From: an uncultured Gemmatimonadales bacterium
GTDB taxonomy: Bacteria > Gemmatimonadota > Gemmatimonadetes > Gemmatimonadales > GWC2-71-9
DNA: 64,000 nucleotides
NCBI GenBank assembly: GCA_963739455.1
Contig: CAVUAK010000001.1
Span: 512,001 to 576,000 of the forward strand
Direction of reading: 5' to 3'
Each line of letters starts with the position of its first letter. The stretch's first letter is position 1. Both the position numbers and the translations under genes were made by a program. This document shows, in pieces, positions 49,527-59,356 of the stretch. The notes beneath the pieces were generated by a model. That model did not search any database, was not told the origin of the DNA, and was given only the letters and a program-made list of their open reading frames with translations.

Positions 49527-51065
49527 GTGCGCGTCCTCTCCAGGTACCTCCTGCGCCAGCTGGCGCTCCCCTTCCTGTTCGGCCTGCTCGCGCTGACCGG
49601 CGTCATGCTCCTCAACCTGATTGGGCGGAAGTTCGGCAGCCTCGTCGGGAAGGGCCTGCCCTGGTCGGTCATCGGCGAGGTGTTCCTCTTGAGCGTGCCG
49701 TTCCTGCTGGCCATGACCCTGCCGCTCGCCGTGCTTGCCGCGACGCTGTATGCGTTCAGCCAGCTGGCGAGTGACAGCGAGATCACGGCGATGCGCGCTG
49801 GCGGCGTGAGCACGGTAGGCATGCTGCGCCCGGTACTGGCGTGGGCGGTTGTGATGGGCCTGGTCACCTTCGGCTTCGTGGATCAGGTGCTGCCGCGGAG
49901 CAACGCGCGACTGCGGAATCTCTACTTCGATATCGCCAAGAAGAAGCCCACCTTCTCCATGGTGGAGAACGTCATCAACAAGGTGCCGTCCTCCCAGTAT
50001 TTCCTGCGGGCCAGCCGGATCGACCCCGGCTCCGGGCGGCTCCGGAGCGTGTCCATTTATGACGTCGGCCAGGCCGAGCGACGGCGCATCATCTATGCGG
50101 ACAGCGGCCTCATGGGCTACACCCCGGATGGTCGCGACCTCGTCCTGAGGCTCTTCCACGGTTCCGTCCAGCAGGTCACCTCTGCCGACCGGCCGGCGTT
50201 CGAGCACACCACGTTCGCAACGCAGGAAATTGTCTTCAAGGACGTCTTCGACCAACTCGAACGGAGCGAGGACCAGTTGGATCGCGGCGACCGGGAAATG
50301 ACGAGCTGCGAGCTCATGGGGGTGGTGGACAGCGCGCGCCAGGAAATCCGCGACGCGAGGTCCCAACGTGCGGAACTTACCCGTTCCGATCTCCAGATCC
50401 TGCTGGGACGGCCCCCGGAACCTGCCCCTCCCCCCGCCTACACGGCAAGGCGAGGGGAGTATCGGGGCGCCTATTGCGGCCTCCTGGCGGCGGTTTCGGG
50501 GACCGTCAGGAGGGGGACGGCGAAGCCTGGTGGAACCGCACAGGACACCACGGTTGCGGCGCCACCAGAGGTCCCTCGGGCCGCCTCGGGGCCCGATACA
50601 GCCGCCGTCCCCGCCCCCAGCGTGGCGGCCACCGCCCGGCTCAGCGACAACGGCACGGTCGCCTCGGTGAAGGACCGCGAAATGAACGCCGCGCGCCGCG
50701 CCAATCGGTACCGGGTCGAGATCCACAAGAAGTGGTCGCTGAGCTTCGCGTCGATCCCGTTCGTCCTGATTGCGGTGGTCATGGCGCTGCGCTTCCCCCG
50801 AGGGGGCATGGGGCTCGTGCTGGGCGGCGGCATGTTCGTCTACGCCGTCTTCTACGTAGGCCTCACCGCCGGCGAGACGCTGGCGGACCGCGGCTACGCT
50901 TCGCCGGCCCTGGCAATGTGGTCGCCCAACATCGTCCTCGGCGCCCTCGCGCTGATCGGGCTCCTGCTGGTCCATCGGGGCGGCGGGCTCGTCCCGCGGC
51001 GGAGAGTTCCCGGACCTGCTGCGCCCCTTCCGGCGTCGCAAGGTGGCTCCCGCCGGCGCCGGTGA
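49527..51065 (+). CDS. lptF: LPS export permease LptF (C-terminus probably distorted by an indel)
   Basis: LSRYLLRQ, DSEITAMRAGGVS, VEIHKKWS; YjgP/Q topology. Confidence 0.88.
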   Translation: MRVLSRYLLRQLALPFLFGLLALTGVMLLNLIGRKFGSLVGKGLPWSVIGEVFLLSVPFLLAMTLPLAVLAATLYAFSQLASDSEITAMRAGGVSTVGMLRPVLAWAVVMGLVTFGFVDQVLPRSNARLRNLYFDIAKKKPTFSMVENVINKVPSSQYFLRASRIDPGSGRLRSVSIYDVGQAERRRIIYADSGLMGYTPDGRDLVLRLFHGSVQQVTSADRPAFEHTTFATQEIVFKDVFDQLERSEDQLDRGDREMTSCELMGVVDSARQEIRDARSQRAELTRSDLQILLGRPPEPAPPPAYTARRGEYRGAYCGLLAAVSGTVRRGTAKPGGTAQDTTVAAPPEVPRAASGPDTAAVPAPSVAATARLSDNGTVASVKDREMNAARRANRYRVEIHKKWSLSFASIPFVLIAVVMALRFPRGGMGLVLGGGMFVYAVFYVGLTAGETLADRGYASPALAMWSPNIVLGALALIGLLLVHRGGGLVPRRRVPGPAAPLPASQGGSRRRR

Positions 51066-51069
51066 CCCG

Positions 51070-52147
51070 ATGATGCGGTGGACCCTCCTCGACCGCTACG
51101 TGTTCCGGAACTGGCTCCGCCTCTTCCTGCTCACGATCCTGGGCTTCCCCATTGTCGCGACGCTCATCGACCTCACCGACAACCTGAAGAAGCTGCTCGA
51201 CCGCGGAATTCCGTTCGGTGGGATCGCGCTGGGCTACGTGTACCTGCTCCCCGAGAAGATGTTCGAGATCATCCCGGCGGCGGTGCTGGTCGCGACGGTC
51301 TTCACCGTGGGCACGCTCGGGCGCCACTCCGAACTCACGGCCGCCAAGGCAGGGGGCATCAGCTTCCATCGCTTCGTGCTGCCGATCTACGTGGGCGCGG
51401 TGCTCGCGGCGGGACTGTGCCTGGCACGTCGAGGAACTCGCGCCGGCCATGACGGAGAGGAAGGTCCAGATCCACGGCGAGCGAGCCGGCTCCCGCGGAC
51501 AGCGATACAACTTCGTCTACCGGGCAGAGCGCGGGTGGGTCTACACCGTGCGCACGCTCGATTCACGAAACAACCGACTCACCGACGTCGTGCTGACACG
51601 GCAGGGCACCGGCCAGAACTATCCGTCGCTCGCCATCACGGCGGACAGCGCCACCTGGGACAGCACCGGCTGGCGCCTGTGGGGAGGGTCGAGCCGGGCC
51701 ATCGCAAACGGGGCGGAGCAGGCCAGCTTCCGCTTCCGGACGATGCGGCTCCCGACGATGAGGGAGCTGCCGTCCGACCTGCTGGCAGAGCCACGACGGC
51801 CGGAAGAGATGCGCTATGCGGAACTGGGGCGGTACATCGACGCGGTGGAGCGCTCCGGGGCCGAGGCCGGCAAGGTGCGCGTCATGCGAGCGCTCAAGCT
51901 GGCCGTGCCGGCGACGTGCATCATCATCGCGCTGTTCGGGGCGCCGCTGGCCATGACGTCGTACCGCGCCGGCACCGCCATCGGCATCGGCATCAGCCTC
52001 GCCACCACGATCGTCTTCCTGCTGCTGGTGCAGCTCTCGCAGGCGCTCGGTGCCGGCGGGTTGGTCAAGCCCGAGGCTGCCGCATGGCTGCCCAACACGG
52101 TCTTCGGGGTCGCCGCTGTCGTCCTGCTCCTGCGCGCCCGGACCTGA
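51070..52147 (+). CDS. lptG: LPS export permease LptG (apparent frameshift near 51425)
   Basis: LLDRYV and HSELTAAKAGGIS in one frame; KLAVP..FGAPL and AAWLPN in the next. Confidence 0.85.
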
Positions 52148-55100
52148 CTAGAAGCCGAACCTCCACTTGGCGCCAAGCTGCATCGTCCAGCGCGACTGGC
52201 GCTGGCTGTAGACCGTCCGCTCCACCACTGCCGGCTGGGTGAATCGATAGATCGGCCGGTTGTTGGCGTTGTCATAGCCGGCGACGCTGAGGAATGCCGG
52301 CCCCTCCTCGAACGCGCTCACCTCCTTGTACAACCCCCAGTTGCTGCTCAGGAAGTTGAGGAAGTTGAACAGGTCGAGCGTGAGCTCGATGCCCGAGCCC
52401 TTGACCTGCGGCGTGGTCCAGCCGACCCGCAGGTTGAAGTAGTTCTGCCACGGGTTGCGGCAGGAGTTGCGCTCGAGCATGGCACCGCGCGACGCCGCCA
52501 GGCACTTCTGGCTGCTGATGAAGTTCTGCAGCGAGTCGTACGCCGCGGGGTTGGTCAGGGTGATCTGCCCGGGATTGCCGGGTACGAACACGAGGTCGTT
52601 GCCGGCGATACCGTCGGCGTTCGCATCGCCCCTGGTGCCGCCGGGACCGGAGTTGATCACCCATCCATACGGCGTGCCGGAGAATCCGGTGTAGAAGACC
52701 GAGAAATCGAAACCGAGCGGCAGGCTCACCATGCCGGTGAGCGTCACCTTGCTCGGCACATCGAAGGTGGACGTGGTGACGGCTCGATCGGCGATGGTGC
52801 CGGTGCCGATCGACGCGAACTGGTAGTTCGAGAAGGCCTGGCTCGACGTTGCCGAGATCTGGTCGGTGGTGCGGGAGAGGGTGTAGGCTGCGTCGAGCGC
52901 GAAGCGGTTGGAGAACGACTTGTGCACCTGGATCGTGCCTGCAAGCGTCTGGCCCAGCGACGTGTTGGTGTGATACACGGCGTTGGTGACCGCCGTCGTG
53001 CGTCGCGTGACCGTCGCCGCCCCGTTCGCGGCATTGAACGTTCCATAGATGGCCCGGCCCTCACTGGAGAAGGTCGGAGCCTGCGGAATGTTCGTGTCCT
53101 GGATGTAGATCTGGTTCACCTGCTTCGAGTAGTAGCCATCGAGCGTCAGGATGAAACCGCCCGGCAGGCGCTGGTCGAAACCGAGTGATGCCCGGAAATT
53201 CTGCGGATACTTGAAGTTCGGGTCGAAATAGTCCACCTCGCCCGCGACCGCGGTCGGCGTGCCGGTGCGGCAGGCACTGGGCTGTGCCGCCGGGTCCACC
53301 GTGAAGTCCGGCGTGTCGGCACCGGTGCAGGTCACCTGGACGTAGTCGGCACCGGTGTTGGTGAACGAGTTCGCGAGCCACACATACGGCGGCCGCCCCG
53401 AGAATACGCCCACGCCACCGCGGACGATGCTGCGCGCCTGCCCTGACACATCCCAGTTGAAGCCAAGCCGCGGGGACCAGAGGACGTTGGCGTTGGGAAA
53501 GTCCCCGGTGTTGATAGGGAGGTTCGGGTCATTCACCAGCGCCGGGTTGGTGCGCGGACTGTTGATGAGCGGAATATCAGCCCGAATGCCGACGGTGAAG
53601 GAGACGCGCTCGGACGGCGACCACTGATCCTGGGCGTAGAGGCCGAACTGCTGCGCCCCGATCAGCGCGATCGGTCCCTTCGGCTGGAGCGGAGTCGGGA
53701 TGCGGCGCTGGAAGGCCGACGGCGTGCCCGCCGCGAGGCTGTCGAGGCTGCTGAATGACCAGACACCGATGCTGGCCTGGAAGAAGGCATTGTCGAAACT
53801 GAAGAACTCGTTCTGGGTGCCCACGGTGAGCCGGTGTGCGCCGGTGCCGAACGAGAGGTTGTCCGCGAACGAGAAGATGTTCTGGTCGAGGCTGTTGGTC
53901 TGGGAGAAACGCTCCGCACCGGCGGCAAGCCAGGACGTGGCCGCGCCGATGTTTCCCACCGCGGCGAGGATGAGTGGCACCTCTTCCGGCAGGTCGCGGG
54001 AGTCACGCACCAGCTGGTAGCCCGTGAGGAACTCGTTCGACAGGCCGCCACCGAACTCGGCGACCCAGCGAGCGCGAAGGGTGTTGACCTTGCCGACCTG
54101 GGTATAGCCACTGTTCGAGAGCTGCCAGCCATCGCGCATGCGGCCGGTGATCGCGACGCCCGTCGGGTTGCGGATGTACGAACCGAGGTCGGCGTCGGCG
54201 TAGTTGTAGGACAGCTCGAGCTGGCTCGACTCGCCGGTGTTGAAGGTGAGCTTGCCGAACAGGTTCATCAGCGGGTTGTCGACGTTCGGGGTGCTTCCGT
54301 CGCCCGAGTTGGTGATGCCGTAGCCGCCCAGGATGTCCGCGAACTCGTTCACGGTGGAGTTGGTGAACCCGGTGTTCGCCAGGTCCGTCGCGTCGTTGCC
54401 CGTGAGGTTGAACGGCGATGCAAACGCCGACGTGCGGGACTGGACGTCCGCCGACACGAAGAAGTGGACCTTGTCGGTGAGGATCGGCCCGCCGAGCGTG
54501 CCGCCATACTGCCAGATGCTGAGGCTGGTGAAGGTCGGGTCGTCGCGATACCCCGCCAGGTTCTTGCTCTGGCGGAACACAAAGGCGGAGCCGATGAACC
54601 GGTTCGTTCCCGACTTGGTAATGCCGTTGACCATGCCGCCGGCGAAATTTCCCTGGCGCACGTCGTACGGAGCCACCATCACCTGGAACTCCGACACCGC
54701 CTCGATCGAGATCGCCCTGGCACCCGACTGGCCGCCCGGGACACCCGACGCCGCCAGGCCGAAGAGGTCGTTGTTGACCCCGCCATCGATCTGCAGGTTG
54801 TTGTATCGGTTGTTGTTCCCCGCGATGGAGGTGCCCACCGCCTGCGGTGTGGCACTGATCAGGTCGTTGAAGTTTCGTCCCTGCAGCGGTAGTCCCTGGA
54901 TGGCCGTGTCACCCAGCACCTGCTGGGGACCGGTGCGGCCGGCATCGAGCAGCGGGTTGTCGGCACTGGCCGCCACCTCGATCTCCTGCAGCTGCACCAC
55001 CGTCGACTTGAGGGCCACGTCACGGGTCTGGCGGGTGCCCAGGCCGAGCGTCAGGCCTTGCTGCACCGAGGGCAGGTAGCCAATGGCACGCACCGTCAGC

Positions 55101-55360
55101 TGGTAGCCGGAACCGGGCGTGATGTTCTCGAAGTTGTAGCGGCCGTTGCTGCGGGTGGTGGTGGTGAACGACTGGCCGGTCTGCAGGCTCTTGAGTTCGA
55201 CCCGGGCGGCATCGACCCCGGTGCCCGCGCCCTCAACTGAGATGGTGCCCTGAAGCGCAGCCGTGGTGACCCCCTGCGCGCTGACCCTGCGCGCGCCTGC
55301 CCCCAGCAGGGCCACGAGCACGATGGCCGCGAGGCCTGCCGGAGGGGTGCAGCGGTTCAT
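52148..55360 (-). CDS. Oar-like TonB-dependent receptor with N-terminal carboxypeptidase-regulatory-like domain
   Basis: LPLQGRNF, IDGGVNND, APYDVRQG, TKSGTN, GGPI..DK, SPRLGFNWD, C-terminal aromatic QLGAKWRFGF. Confidence 0.92.
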   Translation of the reverse strand: MNRCTPPAGLAAIVLVALLGAGARRVSAQGVTTAALQGTISVEGAGTGVDAARVELKSLQTGQSFTTTTRSNGRYNFENITPGSGYQLTVRAIGYLPSVQQGLTLGLGTRQTRDVALKSTVVQLQEIEVAASADNPLLDAGRTGPQQVLGDTAIQGLPLQGRNFNDLISATPQAVGTSIAGNNNRYNNLQIDGGVNNDLFGLAASGVPGGQSGARAISIEAVSEFQVMVAPYDVRQGNFAGGMVNGITKSGTNRFIGSAFVFRQSKNLAGYRDDPTFTSLSIWQYGGTLGGPILTDKVHFFVSADVQSRTSAFASPFNLTGNDATDLANTGFTNSTVNEFADILGGYGITNSGDGSTPNVDNPLMNLFGKLTFNTGESSQLELSYNYADADLGSYIRNPTGVAITGRMRDGWQLSNSGYTQVGKVNTLRARWVAEFGGGLSNEFLTGYQLVRDSRDLPEEVPLILAAVGNIGAATSWLAAGAERFSQTNSLDQNIFSFADNLSFGTGAHRLTVGTQNEFFSFDNAFFQASIGVWSFSSLDSLAAGTPSAFQRRIPTPLQPKGPIALIGAQQFGLYAQDQWSPSERVSFTVGIRADIPLINSPRTNPALVNDPNLPINTGDFPNANVLWSPRLGFNWDVSGQARSIVRGGVGVFSGRPPYVWLANSFTNTGADYVQVTCTGADTPDFTVDPAAQPSACRTGTPTAVAGEVDYFDPNFKYPQNFRASLGFDQRLPGGFILTLDGYYSKQVNQIYIQDTNIPQAPTFSSEGRAIYGTFNAANGAATVTRRTTAVTNAVYHTNTSLGQTLAGTIQVHKSFSNRFALDAAYTLSRTTDQISATSSQAFSNYQFASIGTGTIADRAVTTSTFDVPSKVTLTGMVSLPLGFDFSVFYTGFSGTPYGWVINSGPGGTRGDANADGIAGNDLVFVPGNPGQITLTNPAAYDSLQNFISSQKCLAASRGAMLERNSCRNPWQNYFNLRVGWTTPQVKGSGIELTLDLFNFLNFLSSNWGLYKEVSAFEEGPAFLSVAGYDNANNRPIYRFTQPAVVERTVYSQRQSRWTMQLGAKWRFGF

Positions 55361-55635
55361 CTGTGATCGCCCTTCGACCCGCGGGAAGCCGGCAAACGAC
55401 CATCTCAGCGGCGCCCGCCGTTACTTTCGGGGGACACCGCCGTAAATCGTTTATGCTGATGGATTTAGCTGATTCTATTGGTGGTCGCTATCGGACCAAT
55501 TCCACCCACTTCGGGAGAAGTTACGCAGCCGCCGACTCGCGTCAAGCACATCCAGCGCTGATTTACCGTCCCGTGACCGGACCAGGGGAAATTCGCCGGT
55601 TGACAGGGGTCGCACCGTGGCCGTTCTTTCCGCCC

Positions 55636-56595
55636 ATGACTCAGGAAAAACCCACGATTCTCGCTGACCTCGTCACGCTCACCAAGCCGCGGATCATTTC
55701 GCTCCTGCTGGTGACGACGGTGGCCCCGATGTTCATGACCGACCGCGGGCTGCCTTCAGCAGCACTCGTCCTCTGGGTGGTGGTTGCCGGTTACCTGATG
55801 GCGGGCGGCGCCAACGCGATCAACATGTGGTTCGACAGGGATATCGACGACCGGATGACGCGCACGCGCCTCCGCCCCATCCCGTCGGGGCGCATCACCC
55901 CGGGGCAGGGACTGTTCTTCGGCGTGGCCCTGGGCGCCATCGCCTTCGTGATCTTCTGGTACCAGGTCAACCCGCTGAGTGCCTGGCTCGCGCTGAGTGG
56001 GCTGCTCTTCTACGTGTTCATCTACACCATGCTGCTCAAGCGGAAGACGGCGCAGAATATCGTCATCGGCGGCGCGGCAGGCGCGTTCCCTCCCCTGGTG
56101 GGCTGGGCCGCCGTGACAGGGCGCCTGGACCTCGCGGCCATCTACCTCTTCGCCATCATCTTCTACTGGACGCCCCCGCACTTCTGGGCGCTCGCCCTCA
56201 TCAAGCAGGGGGAGTACGCCAAGGCCGGGGTGCCGATGATGCCGGTTGTGAAGGGAGAGGCGCGAACGAAGTGGGAAATGCTCATCTATACGCTGCTGCT
56301 GCTGCCGCTGACCATCATGCCGGCGGTGTTCGGGGCGCTTGGTCCCTTCTACCTCGTGGCCGCGTTGCTCCTGGGCGGCCGGTTGCTCTGGTACTGCATT
56401 CTACTGCTGCGCGAGGCGGGGGTGACGCCGACCGCATGGAAGATGTATCGCTATTCCCTGCTCTACCTGGCGCTGCTCTTCCTCGCCATGGGCATCGACC
56501 GCTACCTGCCGCGCAGTGCGCACCAGCCGGTGGCGCCTGAAGTGGTGATCCTGCGCCAGACCGGCGACGTGACAGGGATCAAGGCGGCTCAGTAG
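55636..56595 (+). CDS. cyoE: Protoheme IX farnesyltransferase (heme o synthase)
   Basis: LTKPRI, DRDID.RM.RTR.RP, NIVIGGAAGAFPPLVGWAA, WTPPHFWALA. Confidence 0.95.
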   Translation: MTQEKPTILADLVTLTKPRIISLLLVTTVAPMFMTDRGLPSAALVLWVVVAGYLMAGGANAINMWFDRDIDDRMTRTRLRPIPSGRITPGQGLFFGVALGAIAFVIFWYQVNPLSAWLALSGLLFYVFIYTMLLKRKTAQNIVIGGAAGAFPPLVGWAAVTGRLDLAAIYLFAIIFYWTPPHFWALALIKQGEYAKAGVPMMPVVKGEARTKWEMLIYTLLLLPLTIMPAVFGALGPFYLVAALLLGGRLLWYCILLLREAGVTPTAWKMYRYSLLYLALLFLAMGIDRYLPRSAHQPVAPEVVILRQTGDVTGIKAAQ

Positions 56596-58016
56596 GACAG
56601 ATACTGGTTGCTGTAGAAGTCCACGCTCAGGAAGCGCCCCGCGTCGCGTACACCGTCCTCGGTGAGGACGTCCCGCCAGTCAGGCTGCCTTGGTTCCTTC
56701 AAGTCGCCTGCAATCATCAGGCGCCACTGCCCGACGCCGGTCCGGTCGGCAAAGATGTACCACAGTCCCTGGTCCGGGTAATTCCATACTTCGTATGGCG
56801 GTGCCTTCTGCACCTGCGCCCGGTGCAGCACCGAGGGCGCGACACCATTCTTGGCAAAGATGCGCCCGCGGTCGGTTTTCCAGCCGGGCACGTTCCGTTC
56901 CTTGAATTCCTTGTTGGCGAGCGCGATCGCGGCATAGAACTGCTCGCGGGCCTCATTGGTGGCGGTGCCCTTGTTGGGATCGCGTGACTGCCAGAAGTCG
57001 GTGAGGTAGCGCCTCTTTCCGTCCTCGCTGAGCGACTTGTTCCAGACCTTGAGCTCTGCCGGCGTGGCGATGTAGTACAAGGGCGCGAACGCGGAATCGA
57101 GTCCCTCGACCGACATGTACTTGAAGTAGCCTTCGTCCGTCTGCCGCTCGACCTTGATGCGCGCCACCCCGCGCTGCAGGGTGGTATCGAGCGAGGCCAT
57201 GGTCATCGGTGCTGAACGGTCCACCGAACGGGCCCCGAGCTGGAGCAGCACCTTCAGCTGGTACCTGCCCTGCGGAAGCCCCTCGAGGTTGAGGCGCCCC
57301 TTCAGCATGCCGCCGGACGCCGCAACCTTCACCGGCGTGTTGGGGGTCTGGAACACCGCCTTGCCCGCCTCATCGACCACCTCGACTGCCATGGTTCCCG
57401 ACTCTTCCGTGCCGTCGTTGTAGGCCTCGAGAACGTAGTACGCCTCGGTGTGCCCCGAGTCGGGCGCAAGTCGCAGGACGGCGGCGGGATTGAAGAGGGT
57501 GTTCCCCTTCCTGACTTCGCCTGGTCTCGGCACCGTATCGCCAGTGCCGGCGATTCTCATGGCGGATGCAAGCGTGAGGTCGGAAGCGTCCGGCCGGCCC
57601 TTGAACGCCTCCAGTGACAGGGTGCTCGAGAGGACCTTGGCCGAGACCGAGTCGGTGACGTCGACGGCGACTGTGTAGGTACCCGGCGCGACCGCAAAAT
57701 CGAGCATCTCGATGCCATAGGCGCCCGGGATGCGCGGGTCCCCGGGTATCCGGGTGCGCCACGAGTCGGTGTGCAGGGTAATTCCTGCCTGGTCGGCCAC
57801 CTTCACCGCGACGAGGTACGACACGCCCTGCGCACCCGGCTCCATGATCGACATCGGAACCTGGATGAGCACGCGAACACGCGTCTGGCCGCCGTTTTCC
57901 GGGCGGAAGGTGCGTACGGCGCGAAGGGAGAGGCCTTCGGCGGTCTGGGCCAGCAGAACGGGGACCTGAAGGCACAGCGTCAGCAGGGCCAGAGCGAGCT
58001 GGCTCCGGAATCGCAC
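56589..58016 (-). CDS. GWxTD domain-containing exported protein
   Basis: Signal peptide, two Ig-like segments, FWQSRDP, GWKTDRGRIF, EVWNY. Confidence 0.88.
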   Translation of the reverse strand: MRFRSQLALALLTLCLQVPVLLAQTAEGLSLRAVRTFRPENGGQTRVRVLIQVPMSIMEPGAQGVSYLVAVKVADQAGITLHTDSWRTRIPGDPRIPGAYGIEMLDFAVAPGTYTVAVDVTDSVSAKVLSSTLSLEAFKGRPDASDLTLASAMRIAGTGDTVPRPGEVRKGNTLFNPAAVLRLAPDSGHTEAYYVLEAYNDGTEESGTMAVEVVDEAGKAVFQTPNTPVKVAASGGMLKGRLNLEGLPQGRYQLKVLLQLGARSVDRSAPMTMASLDTTLQRGVARIKVERQTDEGYFKYMSVEGLDSAFAPLYYIATPAELKVWNKSLSEDGKRRYLTDFWQSRDPNKGTATNEAREQFYAAIALANKEFKERNVPGWKTDRGRIFAKNGVAPSVLHRAQVQKAPPYEVWNYPDQGLWYIFADRTGVGQWRLMIAGDLKEPRQPDWRDVLTEDGVRDAGRFLSVDFYSNQYLSY

Positions 58017-58122
58017 GTTGATTGCTCCGCGGGAACGGTAATTCGGGGGCGGCCAGCTCCGGCCGGTGCCAACTCGCCCTGTGAACCTGCCTCCGGAGAC
58101 GACAGGCAGGCCCTGAAAGACA

Positions 58123-58150
58123 CAGGCGGGCCCCGTGAGGGGCCCGCCTG
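58123..58150 (-). terminator. Hairpin/terminator after the PorV-like gene
   Basis: CAGGCGGGCCCC-gtga-GGGGCCCGCCTG, 12-bp stem, followed by TGTCTTTC on the minus strand. Confidence 0.65.
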
Positions 58151-58168
58151 CCGGAGAGCCAACCCGGT

Positions 58169-59290
58169 TCAGAAGCCGACGCTAAACGTGAAGAAGTTCG
58201 TTGGTCCGAGTGTGCCCATGTACCGGTAGGCATAGTCGAGGCCGATGCTGAACTTGGCTGCGGTCTGGTAGAAGAGGCCGCCACCGAAAGCCAAACCCTG
58301 CAGGTTCTCCTCGTCCGCGACTGAGCTCGGGAGCTCGGTCGGGGTGAGGTTGTTGGCCGGCTGGTAGCTGTAGCTGGCCCGGAGCGCCGCGCCGAAGCCC
58401 GACCCGCCGAGATGCTTGAAGTCTACTTCCGAGCCAACACCGAAGGACGCCTTGTTGCTGATCTGCTGGTTGAAGTCGGCGATCAGCGTCCAGCGCGTAT
58501 CGGTCTTTGAGATCAGGTCGTAACCCAGGGCCACCTTGAAGGTGGTCGGGAGGTTGAACGCCTTCGTGCTCAACTCACCCGGCTGCGGGTTGGTCGGCAC
58601 GGTGGGAACCCCCGGCACCGAGTCACGCGGCACCTGGACGATCAGTGCGTCGCCGCCATAACTGATCGCAGAACCGAGGTTCGTGAGGGTGAAGGAGAAC
58701 TGGATCGGCCGACCGCCCAGCCGTGAGTGGAAGTTCGTGCCGAAGTCGACAGCAAACGCGCTGCCGGTGGCGCCACCCAGGTTGTCGAACACGAACTTCG
58801 CCGTGATACCCGCACTGAAGCGGTCGGAGAAGTTCTGGGCGTAGGTGAGGCCGCCGAAGGTTTCGCTCACCGAGTACACCGAGCCGGTGCCATCGGGTTG
58901 CTCGACCGTGTACACCGGCTGGTCACCGAACCCGAAGGTGCCGAACTGGAGGCCGAACGCCTTGGACCGCCCGCCGAACGGGAACGAGAGGCCGGCCCAG
59001 GCATAGTTGGTGTTGGCGACGTAATCGTACGCGCTGGCCGAGAACCCGCTGGTTCGCTGCAAGGCGATACCGGCAGGGTTGTAGTACAGCGCGCTGACGT
59101 CGTTCACGATCGCGGAAAACGAGGTGCCGAGTGCCGCGCCGCGTGCGGAGGCGCCAAGCAGGAGGAATTCCGCCGAGGTGGTGCCGTATGACGTGTTGTC
59201 GCTGCCGGTGTTCTGTGCCGCGAGTAGCGTCGGGCTCCCGATGAACAGCATCCCCGCCAGTGCCCAGCGAAGTCTTTGTGAATCACGCAT
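58169..59290 (-). CDS. PorV/PorQ-family (FadL-like) outer-membrane beta-barrel
   Basis: AEFLLLGASARGAALG, ALYYNPAG, AFAVDFG, N.G, LPTTF, DYAY, C-terminal VGF. Confidence 0.85.
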   Translation of the reverse strand: MRDSQRLRWALAGMLFIGSPTLLAAQNTGSDNTSYGTTSAEFLLLGASARGAALGTSFSAIVNDVSALYYNPAGIALQRTSGFSASAYDYVANTNYAWAGLSFPFGGRSKAFGLQFGTFGFGDQPVYTVEQPDGTGSVYSVSETFGGLTYAQNFSDRFSAGITAKFVFDNLGGATGSAFAVDFGTNFHSRLGGRPIQFSFTLTNLGSAISYGGDALIVQVPRDSVPGVPTVPTNPQPGELSTKAFNLPTTFKVALGYDLISKTDTRWTLIADFNQQISNKASFGVGSEVDFKHLGGSGFGAALRASYSYQPANNLTPTELPSSVADEENLQGLAFGGGLFYQTAAKFSIGLDYAYRYMGTLGPTNFFTFSVGF

Positions 59291-59356
59291 GATCTTTCGA
59301 TCTCCTAGGGTAGGTGGTGGGGCCCCGTTCGGGACCCCACTCACCGGGCCAGTGGA

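Noticed and set aside
43322..52147. Programmed frameshifting or pseudogenisation of sprA and lptG
   Set aside because: Indels are scattered over many unrelated genes without a shared slippery site, and motifs are intact; assembly error is simpler
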